Part shown: positions 18,188 through 27,465 of the stretch, piece by piece
Position numbering within the stretch: the first letter of the stretch is position 1
Layout: each line of letters starts with the position of its first letter
Origin: Acidobacteriota bacterium
Lineage (GTDB): Bacteria > Bacillota > Syntrophomonadia > Syntrophomonadales > DTU052
Reading direction: 5' to 3'
DNA length: 64,000 nucleotides
Assembly: GCA_050259595.1 (NCBI GenBank)
Contig: JBLNAX010000013.1
Location: 11,364 to 75,363 of the forward strand
Notes under the pieces: generated by a model
Seen by the model: the letters and a program-made list of their open reading frames with translations, nothing else
Told to the model about the DNA's origin: nothing
Databases searched by the model: none
Program-made: the position numbers and the translations under genes

Positions 18188-19756
18188 TTAATTATTGGGG
18201 AGGACAATGTTCACGACAGTGCCCTCCTTTTCTTTGCTCTTGATTTGAATATTGCCGTTCAGGCTCTCTACGATCTGTTCACAAATAGTTAGACCTAGAC
18301 CTGAACTGCCCTTGTTAGTCGAGAAGAAAGGTTCGAAGATATTGTCCATCAAATCATTGCTGATGCCCATTCCGCTGTCGGCTACCTGCAGTGTTGTCGA
18401 ACCCCGGCCGCTAAGGGTCTTGATGGTAAGGACTCCTCCGTTAGGCATAGCATTTAGTGCATTGGAAACCAGATTCGTCAGCAGCACTTTCAATTTATCC
18501 TCGTTAGCTCGGATGGTGGCCAGGCGCTTGTCCAAATACAATTCGATCCAGATATTGAACTGCTGGGCCATTAATTCTATAGAGGGATAGAGATCAGTGA
18601 TTATCTCATTGATGTTGACATGATAAGTTTGTCCCAGATAATTTTGCGACAGCATCTGAATGTCCTTGATAGCCAACTCGATGTTTACGATCTCATCATC
18701 CAGCAGCTCCCAGGGTAAATCGTCCGGCCGATTCTTGTATAGTTGAAGAAATCCCTTGATAGTTGTCAGCGGGTTGCGGACCTTATGTACGGTTTCCTCA
18801 ACTACACTGGAAATAAGGCTGATCCGCTCACGCTTGTTATGCTTTTTCTGCCAATCGATGAAGGTCATAGTGCTTTGCATGATGGCGACCGCTCCGATGG
18901 GAGCTCCTGTGTTGTCCAGCAGCTGCTTGGTGTCAACTAGATAGGAGCTCTTTTTGCCATGCCGTTCCGGTGAATTGATAGTAATGCCGCGGTAATTGGT
19001 CCCTTCAAACATAGTAGTAAACAGTAGGCTGGACAAAGCCGGGAGGTGCTTATCGAGCACGTTTACCGACCTTCCCTCATAACTGGCAGATGAAGCGCGT
19101 AAGATTTGTTCTGCGGCTTGATTGACCACATTGATCTTACCGCTGCCATCGATCACGATGGCTGGCCAGGGCACCTGTTCTAGGACCGCATTAGCCAGGC
19201 TTCCTTGAGTCGGTAATGACTTTACTTCAGGCTCGGCTACCAGGATGATCCTGCTGCTGCTGACATTAACCGTTATCTCAAGCGGCACACGGATGCCGGA
19301 ACCATTATATATACTAACTCGGTAATTCTGAATATTGCAGGGGTTTTTTCTCCAGGAACGGACCTTCTCATACTCTTCGGCTTCCAATACCTTGCGCAGT
19401 AGTGATGTGATGCTGCGACCAAGTATTTGGCCTAGCGGCATGGCCAGTAATTCTACCATTTCCTGATTAACATCAGTGATATGGCCGTCGACGTCGATCA
19501 ACAACGCACCAGCCGAAAACCAGCGAAATCCGCCTGTTTGGGTGGGATATTCTAAACCATATGGCCGATTATTTGACACTTGTACCAACAGTTTTCCCCC
19601 TTCTGTTGGATTGCATATCAATTTAATACACTTCGCACTATATTCCACCAAAACAGGGGCTATTCCTCCAACGAAAGATGACTTATTTTGTTCTAGAATA
19701 GGGTTTTGGCGGGGGTGGTTGCCATAATGCCCGTATAAATCGGAATTTTCAGGCAT
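18188..19756 (-). CDS. cytoplasmic PAS-domain sensor histidine kinase (KinA-like), orphan
   Basis: H-box VHKVRNPLTTIKGFLQL, N-box LVSNALNAM, G-boxes DSGMGI and GLGLTI. Two PAS-like segments. No adjacent response regulator. Start uncertain; an alternative TTG at 19588 follows AAGGGGGA. Confidence 0.8.
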   Translation of the reverse strand: MPENSDLYGHYGNHPRQNPILEQNKSSFVGGIAPVLVEYSAKCIKLICNPTEGGKLLVQVSNNRPYGLEYPTQTGGFRWFSAGALLIDVDGHITDVNQEMVELLAMPLGQILGRSITSLLRKVLEAEEYEKVRSWRKNPCNIQNYRVSIYNGSGIRVPLEITVNVSSSRIILVAEPEVKSLPTQGSLANAVLEQVPWPAIVIDGSGKINVVNQAAEQILRASSASYEGRSVNVLDKHLPALSSLLFTTMFEGTNYRGITINSPERHGKKSSYLVDTKQLLDNTGAPIGAVAIMQSTMTFIDWQKKHNKRERISLISSVVEETVHKVRNPLTTIKGFLQLYKNRPDDLPWELLDDEIVNIELAIKDIQMLSQNYLGQTYHVNINEIITDLYPSIELMAQQFNIWIELYLDKRLATIRANEDKLKVLLTNLVSNALNAMPNGGVLTIKTLSGRGSTTLQVADSGMGISNDLMDNIFEPFFSTNKGSSGLGLTICEQIVESLNGNIQIKSKEKEGTVVNIVLPNN

Positions 19757-20111
19757 TAACAGTCTTTTGAAAGGAGACTTCCCGCGAAAAAACCAATAAA
19801 TAGGATTAGTGCGCTGTGCCGTGTGATGGCCGATTCGACGGGATTTGTGGGAAGGTTGACAGCGATGGGGAAATTCTTCTGATTTTTATTAATTTCAGGT
19901 ATTATTCGTTAACGTACCAAGATTGCTTTCGCTTTTCGGGGAAAATAGCAGGAATAAGGCGAAATTGAGCGCTATGGCCAACCTCTTGCAATGCCCGGTT
20001 TACCGAATCTGTAGATATCATGCTGCGTCCTGACAAGTACTCAGAGCTATTTCCTAAAAGTACATATAAGTCGAAAACTAATCTCATACTAAGCTAAAAC
20101 GGAGGCCAAGT

Positions 20112-21179
20112 ATGAGAAAATCCATTCTAGCTGGGGTTGCAGCGGTTGCCTTTTTCACCATCGGCTTTTTCACAGCCCAACTACTACACCCGCTGCCCGG
20201 TGGAAGAACCATAAGCCATGCTGAAAGCAAAACTACGGGAACCGTTGCTCAAGTAGCCAAGCAGCTCTCCTCATCTATTGTGGGAGTAGTTGGATACGGA
20301 GAGGAAGGAGATTTTTTCACCCGCCGCCAAGTGCAAAAAACAGGCTCAGGGGTCATCATCGATCCGAATGGCTATATTGTTACTAACAATCATGTGGTAT
20401 CGGGCACCACCAGGCTGACGGTAGTCTTAGCTAATGGTAAGGAAGTCCGTGCCCACCTGGTGGGCGGGGACAAACGCACAGATCTAGCTCTTCTCAAAGT
20501 CACTGGAATGAGGCTCAAACCAGCACCCCTGGGGAATTCTGATCAGCTGGTTACTGGACAAAACGTGGTAGCTATCGGTAACCCGCTGGGGTTAAGATTT
20601 GCCCGTTCGGTTACTGCCGGTGTTGTAAGTGGTCTTAACCGCCTGTTGACCACCGAGGAGGGCTTTGTTCTACGACTGATCCAAACCGATGCAGCCATCA
20701 ATCCGGGCAATTCCGGAGGGGCGCTGGTCAACCTCGATGGCGAGGTGATCGGTATAAACACGATCAAGATCGCGGTTCAGGGTTTCGAGGGAATGGGTTT
20801 CGCTATACCTTCCAATCAGGTGAAGACGGTCATTGCTGAGATACGCGACCACGGTAGGGTCGTGCGGCCGGTCGCCGGATTGAAAATCGTCAATGAAGTG
20901 TCCACCGAGGAGGCGCGCTTCTATAACCTGCCAGTAAATGCAGGCATAGCGATTGTTGCTGACAAAGACGGATCGGCTTATAAAGCTGGTCTTAGAGATT
21001 ATGATATTATTCAGTCGGTCAACGGACATGAAGTAAAATCAGCTTATGAGCTGCAGGATTGCATGTTCAGGTGCAAAGTGGGCGATAAAGTAAATGTTAA
21101 AGCTATCAGACTGGCTCGGCGCCAGGGAGATACACCCAAGGCTATGAAGTTTACGATCAAATTGGATGGCGAGAAATAA
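20112..21179 (+). CDS. HtrA/DegP-family trypsin-like serine protease with PDZ domain
   Basis: TNNHVV (His), D, GNSGGALVN (Ser) and a C-terminal PDZ. N-terminal TM. Confidence 0.88.
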   Translation: MRKSILAGVAAVAFFTIGFFTAQLLHPLPGGRTISHAESKTTGTVAQVAKQLSSSIVGVVGYGEEGDFFTRRQVQKTGSGVIIDPNGYIVTNNHVVSGTTRLTVVLANGKEVRAHLVGGDKRTDLALLKVTGMRLKPAPLGNSDQLVTGQNVVAIGNPLGLRFARSVTAGVVSGLNRLLTTEEGFVLRLIQTDAAINPGNSGGALVNLDGEVIGINTIKIAVQGFEGMGFAIPSNQVKTVIAEIRDHGRVVRPVAGLKIVNEVSTEEARFYNLPVNAGIAIVADKDGSAYKAGLRDYDIIQSVNGHEVKSAYELQDCMFRCKVGDKVNVKAIRLARRQGDTPKAMKFTIKLDGEK

Positions 21180-21198
21180 ACATTAAAGACATCTTATT

Positions 21199-21228
21199 CC
21201 GGGGCAGCAGTGTCCCGGTTTTAATTTG
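21199..21228 (+). terminator. Rho-independent terminator
   Basis: CCGGGGCAGCAGTGTCCCGG followed by TTTTAATTTGTT. Confidence 0.75.
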
Positions 21229-21358
21229 TTAACAACTAGAACTGCTGTTAACAAATTGGCAACATATCAGTAAAAATCTGATAATAGTCCCCCGCTATCA
21301 TTAGTACATGATTAAAAAGTAGGTGTCGGGATTCAGAAAAAGATAGGGGGACAATATC

Positions 21359-22522
21359 TTGGTTATAGGGAAGGTTAAAGCGAGAGCCAGAATAGCTTTG
21401 ATACTGTGTGTGATGTTTATCGTGAGTTTGGCCGCGCCTATCGAAGCTTTTGCTTGTCATGACAAAGGGAACAAGGTGAGCTGGAAGCAGGCTAAGCAGA
21501 TCGAGAAAGAAGAACACAAGAAGCGTTTAGAAGAAGAGAAACATAAGAAAAAGTTAGAGAAAGAGAAAAAGGAAAGAGAAAAAAAGAACCAGCAAAAGCA
21601 ATATTTTAATGGTACCTGGTCCACTACCTGGGGAGCCATGACGCTGACCCAAAATGGCAGCAATGTGACAGGGACCTTTGTTTATAGTGACGGCAAGATA
21701 GAGGGTAAAGCAACCGGTTGTTCTATGGTAGGCTCCTGGTCCAAGACGCCTTCATATAATCCGCCTACCGATGGTGGAGACTTGATCCTATTTGTATCAT
21801 CGGACAAAAAAACTCTATGGGGAGCATGGAGAAACGGTTCCAGCGGTATATGGCATTTTGATCTTAAGATGGCCAAAGGAAATACCACTCCGCAACCACC
21901 CAAGCCTGTGGAACTCTGCTGGCCAGGGACCTGGAACACAACCTGGGGAGAAATGAAGCTGACTCAGGATGGAAGCAATATAACAGGAACCTATACTCAT
22001 GCTTCGGGAAAAATATCTGGTACGTTGAATGGGCGCACTTTTACCGGCAAATGGTCCGAGGCACCGACCTATGCGCCGCCCTATGAAGCAGGAGATGTCA
22101 TAATTACGATATCGACTGACGGCAAGAGTCTGACCGGTAAATGGCGCTACGGTACATCCGGGGACTGGCAGACCAACTGGCGCGGTACTCAGGTTGTCTC
22201 CAGCTCGACATCTACCACAACCACGCCGAGCACTGGCGTAGCTTGGACTGGCACCTGGACGACTAGCCGTGGGCAGTTAAAACTGGTCCAGAATGGCTCA
22301 GTAGTCACCGGTACCTACAATAATGGTACTGGATCGGTTTCTGGTACCGTCAGTGGCAACGTATTCAGTGGCAGCTGGGCCGAGGCGCCTGGCTTTACGG
22401 CCCCGGATCACGCGGGCAACTTCGAGTTTACAATGAACACAGGAGGCCGTACCTTCACCGGCAAATGGCGCGGTGGTTTCACCGGCGACTGGAAAACCGG
22501 CTGGGATGGCGTAATCGAATAA
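21359..22522 (+). CDS. secreted protein with KE-rich segment and three ~95-aa tandem repeats (GTWxTTWG...LTQxGSNxTGT...GKWSExPxYxPP...GKWRxGxSGDW)
   Basis: TTG start, signal peptide (ILCVMFIVSLAAPIEAFA), a KKRLEEEKHKKKLEKEKKEREKK stretch, then three clearly alignable repeats. Confidence 0.7.
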   Translation: MVIGKVKARARIALILCVMFIVSLAAPIEAFACHDKGNKVSWKQAKQIEKEEHKKRLEEEKHKKKLEKEKKEREKKNQQKQYFNGTWSTTWGAMTLTQNGSNVTGTFVYSDGKIEGKATGCSMVGSWSKTPSYNPPTDGGDLILFVSSDKKTLWGAWRNGSSGIWHFDLKMAKGNTTPQPPKPVELCWPGTWNTTWGEMKLTQDGSNITGTYTHASGKISGTLNGRTFTGKWSEAPTYAPPYEAGDVIITISTDGKSLTGKWRYGTSGDWQTNWRGTQVVSSSTSTTTTPSTGVAWTGTWTTSRGQLKLVQNGSVVTGTYNNGTGSVSGTVSGNVFSGSWAEAPGFTAPDHAGNFEFTMNTGGRTFTGKWRGGFTGDWKTGWDGVIE

Positions 22523-22579
22523 GGGCAACCCTTCCTACTTAGAGATAATTGACATATAATCAGAAGTGAAAGGTATTAT

Positions 22580-22607
22580 ACCGGGTGATAAACCCGGTTT
22601 CTTTTTT
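22580..22607 (+). terminator. Rho-independent terminator
   Basis: ACCGGGTGATAAACCCGGT followed by TTCTTTTTT. Confidence 0.8.
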
Positions 22608-22618
22608 GGCTATTTATA

Positions 22619-23898
22619 TTGTCACAAGGGGGTCGGCATTTGAATCAAGAGAACCATCCAGGGAAAGGAAGATTCGTTATCCTGGGCATTTTGTTTATCA
22701 CCCTTATGATTGCTTACATCGACCGGGTTAATATTTCGGTGCTGATTGCTGACCCTGGCTTTATTGCCGATATGAATCTGAAGGAACAGAATGCGAAGCA
22801 GGGGATGCTGATGACCCTCTTTCTTATAGCCTATGCTCTGGGGAACATTATACTTGGGTATTTTGGCGATCGTTTAGGGCCGCGTAAGGCAGTGTCATTA
22901 TCAATTGTGTCTGGTCGGCTGCACTATTTGTTGCGGGAACTGCCCGTAATCTCGTTACCCTGATTGGCGCTCGCATTTTTATGGGTTTTGGTGAGGGGTT
23001 CCATTGGCCTATGCAAAGCACCTATGTCAAGAACTGGTTTCCCCTGCACGAGCGAGCCCGGGCCAACTCTGCCTGGACGGTTGGTTTAATGGTCGGCCCA
23101 GCGGTAGCTATGCCATTGTGTTCTGGTATCGTAGCCCAATGGGGCTGGCAAAGTTCTTTTGTAATCCTGGGATTAACGGCCTTGGTGCTGCCGCTGCCGC
23201 TAATTTGGTTCTTGACAACTGACAAGCCGCGGGAGCATCGCTGGGTAAGCGAGGCTGAGGCTAGCTATATAGAGCGCGAGCAAGCGGATGAACAGGCAGC
23301 TCTGGCTGGGATACAGTCAGGTTCCTATCGGGAGCTCCTGCGGTCGGGGCCTTTCTGGCTGGTAACCATTGGCTACATGGCAACAGCTTCAATCTGGTGG
23401 GGGATTATGACCTGGCTTCCTCAGTATCTCAAAGTCGCAAGGCATTTTTCCTGGACCCAAATGGGGATCTTTTCTTCTCTGCCCTACATTCTGGGAATGA
23501 TTTCAGTGGTTGGAGTGGCTTACATTTCGGATAGGTGGGGTCGCCGGGGGATTTTCTACACCATGGGCTTGTTAGGCGCGGTGGTGTTTATTTATCTGGG
23601 CGCTACAACAACAAGCAATCTCTACAGCGCGATCTTCATCGCTTTGGGGATTTTCTTTCTTGGCTGGGTTATGCCGGTGGCTTGGACCCTCCTACAGACT
23701 ATTGTGGCACCTCATTTGGTGGGAGCCGCAGCTGGCTTGATGAATGGAATTGCTAATGGTTTTGCGGCTATGGCGCCGTTGATTATGGGTTACTTGATAG
23801 GTCAGACTGGGAGTTATCTGGCGGGGATGGTTTATTTAATGGTCGTAGGGTTGATTGGTTCGGTATGTACAGCAGTATTTGCGATTAAAAAGTACTGA
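22619..23898 (+). pseudogene. MFS transporter disrupted by a frameshift near 22905-22912
   Basis: The N-terminal part (22619-22963, ...GDRLGPRKAVSLSIV) and C-terminal part (frame continues from 22888; ...WSAALFVAGTARNLVTLIGARIFMGFGEGFHWP...) are both MFS-like. A 1-nt frame change is needed between SLSIV and WSAA. Confidence 0.7.
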
Positions 23899-23928
23899 TT
23901 TCACTGAGGGAGTACTCGGAGGAACTAG

Positions 23929-24408
23929 ATGCGTTTTGTAATCCTGTCGGTAGGTAAAGTGAAAGATGGTTACCTGAAATCAGGGGTCAATGACTTCATG
24001 ACTCGGCTGCGCCCGTATATGAATGTTGATTACATCGAAGGGATGGAGGAAAAGACCCCGCCCAACCCATCAGATGCGCAGATAACGGCGGTAGTGGACA
24101 AAGAAGGTAAGCGCATCCTGGCCCAATTGAAAGATGGGGATTTTCTGGTCGCTCTAGACTCCCACGGTAAGCAGCTAACTTCAGAAGAACTGGCCGATAA
24201 GATTCAAGATTGGATGAACCAGGGCACTTCCCGGGTAGTCTTTGCTATCGGCGGTTCCCACGGACTGTCACCCGAAGTTCTGAAACACGCCTATATTAAG
24301 TTATCACTTTCGAAAATGACCTTCCTGCACCAGATGACGGCCATGATCCTGCTCGAGCAGCTGTATAGAGGGATGAAGATCATAAAGGGAGAGCCGTATC
24401 ATAAGTGA
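23929..24408 (+). CDS. rlmH: 23S rRNA (pseudouridine1915-N3)-methyltransferase RlmH
   Basis: 159-aa SPOUT protein MRFVILSVGKVKDGYLKSGVNDF... is the typical RlmH. Confidence 0.88.
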   Translation: MRFVILSVGKVKDGYLKSGVNDFMTRLRPYMNVDYIEGMEEKTPPNPSDAQITAVVDKEGKRILAQLKDGDFLVALDSHGKQLTSEELADKIQDWMNQGTSRVVFAIGGSHGLSPEVLKHAYIKLSLSKMTFLHQMTAMILLEQLYRGMKIIKGEPYHK

Positions 24409-24515
24409 AGTGTGATGCTCGAAAACAAAATGTCAACTATCAGTAATTCGTTTTTCAGTGATGAGGTTGGTAGGCTGAAAAAGGCAACCTGTCGAGAAGG
24501 GCAATTTCATTTCCT

Positions 24516-25232
24516 CTAAACGGTGGTTCCTTTTATGGTGCCATCTGGCAACTTAGTTAGCAGTGTTTTCTTATCGGTTCCATTGTCCAGTAGGACAAAA
24601 CCATCTCTCAATAATCGAATACTATAATTAAGACTTTCTTTAACAGCATTATCTTCTTCAACAATCCATTGAGATTCTAAAATCGGTAGCATATTAATTA
24701 GATTTAGTCTATTACATACATCTGGCACTTTCCGTCTTACTTTAGAGCTTTTATCTGTAGCGCATTTGTTAACAACATAGCGAATAACTGAATCACAGGG
24801 TCTACTTAACAAGATAGTAACGGCGTTAAATCTGATCTGAGCACTTCTGTCGTCCGAAAGACACTTTAATAATAGTTCAGCTTCGGGAAAACCATGAGAT
24901 AAAATTGACACAAATCTGCCCGAGTAGTAGGAGAACACCATTTCATGCCTCTGTCTCATTCCTTGATAAAGTAAGTCGAGGTGTGATTGTTTTAATTCTT
25001 CTGTATTCTGAATTTCATAAGCACAATTAATTAAATCACAAAGCAAATCCTGGTACATTGCCCTAGTTGTCTTGTTCAGAAACTTGAATGCATTTTCTTT
25101 CTCACTCTCGATATGGCGGTACAATCCCAATGAATATCTATTGTCCAAATGAATGTCTTCCTTTCTTTGAACATGTTTATGCGGTGCTTCTATTTGAGGT
25201 TTGAAATAATTATCATATACATTAATTAACAT
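24516..25232 (-). CDS. hypothetical HEAT/armadillo-like repeat protein in a low-GC islet
   Basis: 238-aa ORF with DxxxxVRxxA-type repeats. AT-rich context. Confidence 0.45.
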   Translation of the reverse strand: MLINVYDNYFKPQIEAPHKHVQRKEDIHLDNRYSLGLYRHIESEKENAFKFLNKTTRAMYQDLLCDLINCAYEIQNTEELKQSHLDLLYQGMRQRHEMVFSYYSGRFVSILSHGFPEAELLLKCLSDDRSAQIRFNAVTILLSRPCDSVIRYVVNKCATDKSSKVRRKVPDVCNRLNLINMLPILESQWIVEEDNAVKESLNYSIRLLRDGFVLLDNGTDKKTLLTKLPDGTIKGTTV

Positions 25233-25272
25233 TACAACAGTCTAAAGGCTCCTCTACATTATGGAATATTAG

Positions 25273-25533
25273 GGCCTCAAATACTTATCTAATCAGACTG
25301 TTGAAGCTATAACTCGTGTCGACAATGGCTGCACCGGCGAAGCTATAGACAAACTGGCTAAGTTCGAAAATGCTTTAGATGCACTGATAGCCAACCAGGC
25401 CGAAGTGGCGATAGAGCTTGAAAAACTCAGGAACGAGGAGAAAACGAAATCGGTCAGATTCAGAGAGCTGATGGTCAAGAAAATGACTAACAGCACGATG
25501 ATTTCTTATTTCAAGAGTCATGGCCTGGAGTAA
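25273..25533 (+). pseudogene. start-less C-terminal gene fragment (coiled-coil-like)
   Basis: An open frame of 86 codons begins right after a TAG at 25270-25272 and ends at the TAA at 25531. No ATG/GTG/TTG lies before codon 45. Confidence 0.4.
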
Positions 25534-25687
25534 TTATTCAAACTACCACCAGCCAAGAAGAAGCGGGAATAATTTTGTTACGAGCTTATCGAAGCACACT
25601 GTTACGGTGAAAAGTATCACAGGGAACTGGAAGGAAGAAGGTTAATAATTCGGTGAAAGGTTCACATTTCAACCGGATGGAGGCTTT

Positions 25688-26002
25688 ATGAACGTAGATC
25701 AGAATACAGTTCTTGGTGTAATCATCTATTCGATTGTGGGTGTGACAATTATGATTGCCTATGCGATCGTAAGCCCAACAGTTGGTTACAAGCAGTTTAT
25801 GAAATCAAAATTAGGTTTTGTCCTTACTCAACTATATGTAGGCGTTATACTTGTCATTTCGGCGGTTTTTGTTGATAAAATGTTTCCTGGATATGGGACT
25901 CATTCTGCCATTATCATTTGTGTGGCTTATACAATCCAACTAATACGTAAGAAGAGAAAGGAGAAAGAAAACAGCAGGGTAATGAGCAATGATGTTTTAT
26001 AA
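25688..26002 (+). CDS. small membrane protein, hypothetical
   Basis: 104 aa, three hydrophobic helices. Confidence 0.45.
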   Translation: MNVDQNTVLGVIIYSIVGVTIMIAYAIVSPTVGYKQFMKSKLGFVLTQLYVGVILVISAVFVDKMFPGYGTHSAIIICVAYTIQLIRKKRKEKENSRVMSNDVL

Positions 26003-26133
26003 CTGTGTTCGATAATACATTATTGTCCCGGTGGGCAATCCATATGGTATAATCTGGATAGACACTACAGCACTTCGCTTTCATTGCAGCAAGAATCTCG
26101 TTTAAAAATTGATTTAAAGGGAGGATTCTGACT

Positions 26134-27186
26134 GTGACCCTATTTACCCGTTTGCACCTGCGCCGACATTCGGCACGCCTTTTAGTCTTAGCATTGATTC
26201 TGGCTATTCCGCTCCTATTGACCGGCTGTACGGGCAAGACGATCGTAGCTCCGGGAATCGGGGATGCCGAAAATGCCCTGTTCACTAATGATGGCCGCTT
26301 GTTTGTAACCGGCGGCACCAATATCTATGAGATCACCCCGACGGCGGTCGTCGCCCAGTGTTATCAGCAAAACAATCACTGCGGCTTGGCCCAAGCTGGT
26401 AATTACATCTATGCACTTCGTAATAAGGTCAATGCGGGCGCGCTGTTTCAACCACTGCCCTTGGATCAAATGCTTAAGCCAGGTGGCGCTAATACAGTTA
26501 TCCAGCAGTTCAAGTGTACCTTGTCCCAGTCAATATTGCTGCGGGCGGAACTGAAGCCTGGCAAGCTTGACTTCCAGGAGATCTATACGTTTCCGAACAT
26601 GTTTATCGCTAATGGTATGGTAACCGACGGTCAGGGACATTTGTATATTGCGGATGAGACCTTCGCTCCGGTGGGCAAGATCGTGCGCCTGACCCTATCG
26701 GCTAACAATCCGCCTGAGGTAACCGAAGAAAAAACCTGGGCCGCCCAGAGCAATGGCATAAGCTCACTCAATGGCATGGCTATTCGTGACAATTTTATAT
26801 ACTTTACCGATTTCAATTTTCTAACACTCACGACCTATGTAAAAAAAGTTGAAATTCTGCCCAGCGGCGATCCTGGGCCAGTCAAGACCATCTTTTCCCG
26901 GATCTCTTTCTTTGATGATCTGGATACCGGGGATTACAAAGGGATTCGCGGGATCGCAGTATCTGACTACTTGCGTGGTTCGATAGTGTTCTTGAAGGAT
27001 AACGGCACCCGGCGCTGGATAGCAGATGGCGAGACATCTGCCGGAGCCTTCCAGAGCCCATCTTCAGTACATGTAGGTCAACCACCGATGTTCACGAACC
27101 AGGATCTGATTGTGACCGAGAAAGGGATCATGTTCGAAAACAATTCAAATATTGGCAACAAGGTTACAAAAGTAACGGCACCGTAA
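26134..27186 (+). CDS. lipoprotein with SMP-30/gluconolactonase/NHL-like beta-propeller repeats
   Basis: Lipobox LLLTGC. Repeated NGM..D...Y.TD motifs. Confidence 0.5.
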   Translation: MTLFTRLHLRRHSARLLVLALILAIPLLLTGCTGKTIVAPGIGDAENALFTNDGRLFVTGGTNIYEITPTAVVAQCYQQNNHCGLAQAGNYIYALRNKVNAGALFQPLPLDQMLKPGGANTVIQQFKCTLSQSILLRAELKPGKLDFQEIYTFPNMFIANGMVTDGQGHLYIADETFAPVGKIVRLTLSANNPPEVTEEKTWAAQSNGISSLNGMAIRDNFIYFTDFNFLTLTTYVKKVEILPSGDPGPVKTIFSRISFFDDLDTGDYKGIRGIAVSDYLRGSIVFLKDNGTRRWIADGETSAGAFQSPSSVHVGQPPMFTNQDLIVTEKGIMFENNSNIGNKVTKVTAP

Positions 27187-27317
27187 TAAGGGCATAAGCC
27201 ATAAAAGGACGGCGTAGCCTGTCCACATATATTTTGGATTTGATTAGCTGGAGGGCTGAATGTCCTCTGGCTTTTGTTTTCTATGTAATTACAAATCCCG
27301 GCTGGTCTCGGCTTGAA

Positions 27318-27356
27318 GGACACAAAATAGACAACGATAAGACACAAAATGGACAA
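27318..27356 (+). promoter_or_regulatory. two 17-nt direct repeats (GGACACAAAATAGACAA / AGACACAAAATGGACAA) spaced 22 bp apart, upstream of the lipase promoter
   Basis: Near-perfect direct repeat about 50 nt upstream of a TATAAT-rich -10 region (about 27395-27410) and the lipase start at 27466. Confidence 0.5.
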
Positions 27357-27465
27357 ATTGCGTAAATAGTAAATATATTTAGCGTTGTGCGAATTTTTAT
27401 AATATAATAACAATAGGACCATCTGTCGAATGGTTGGACCACAAAAGAGGATAGGGGGCTAGGGT

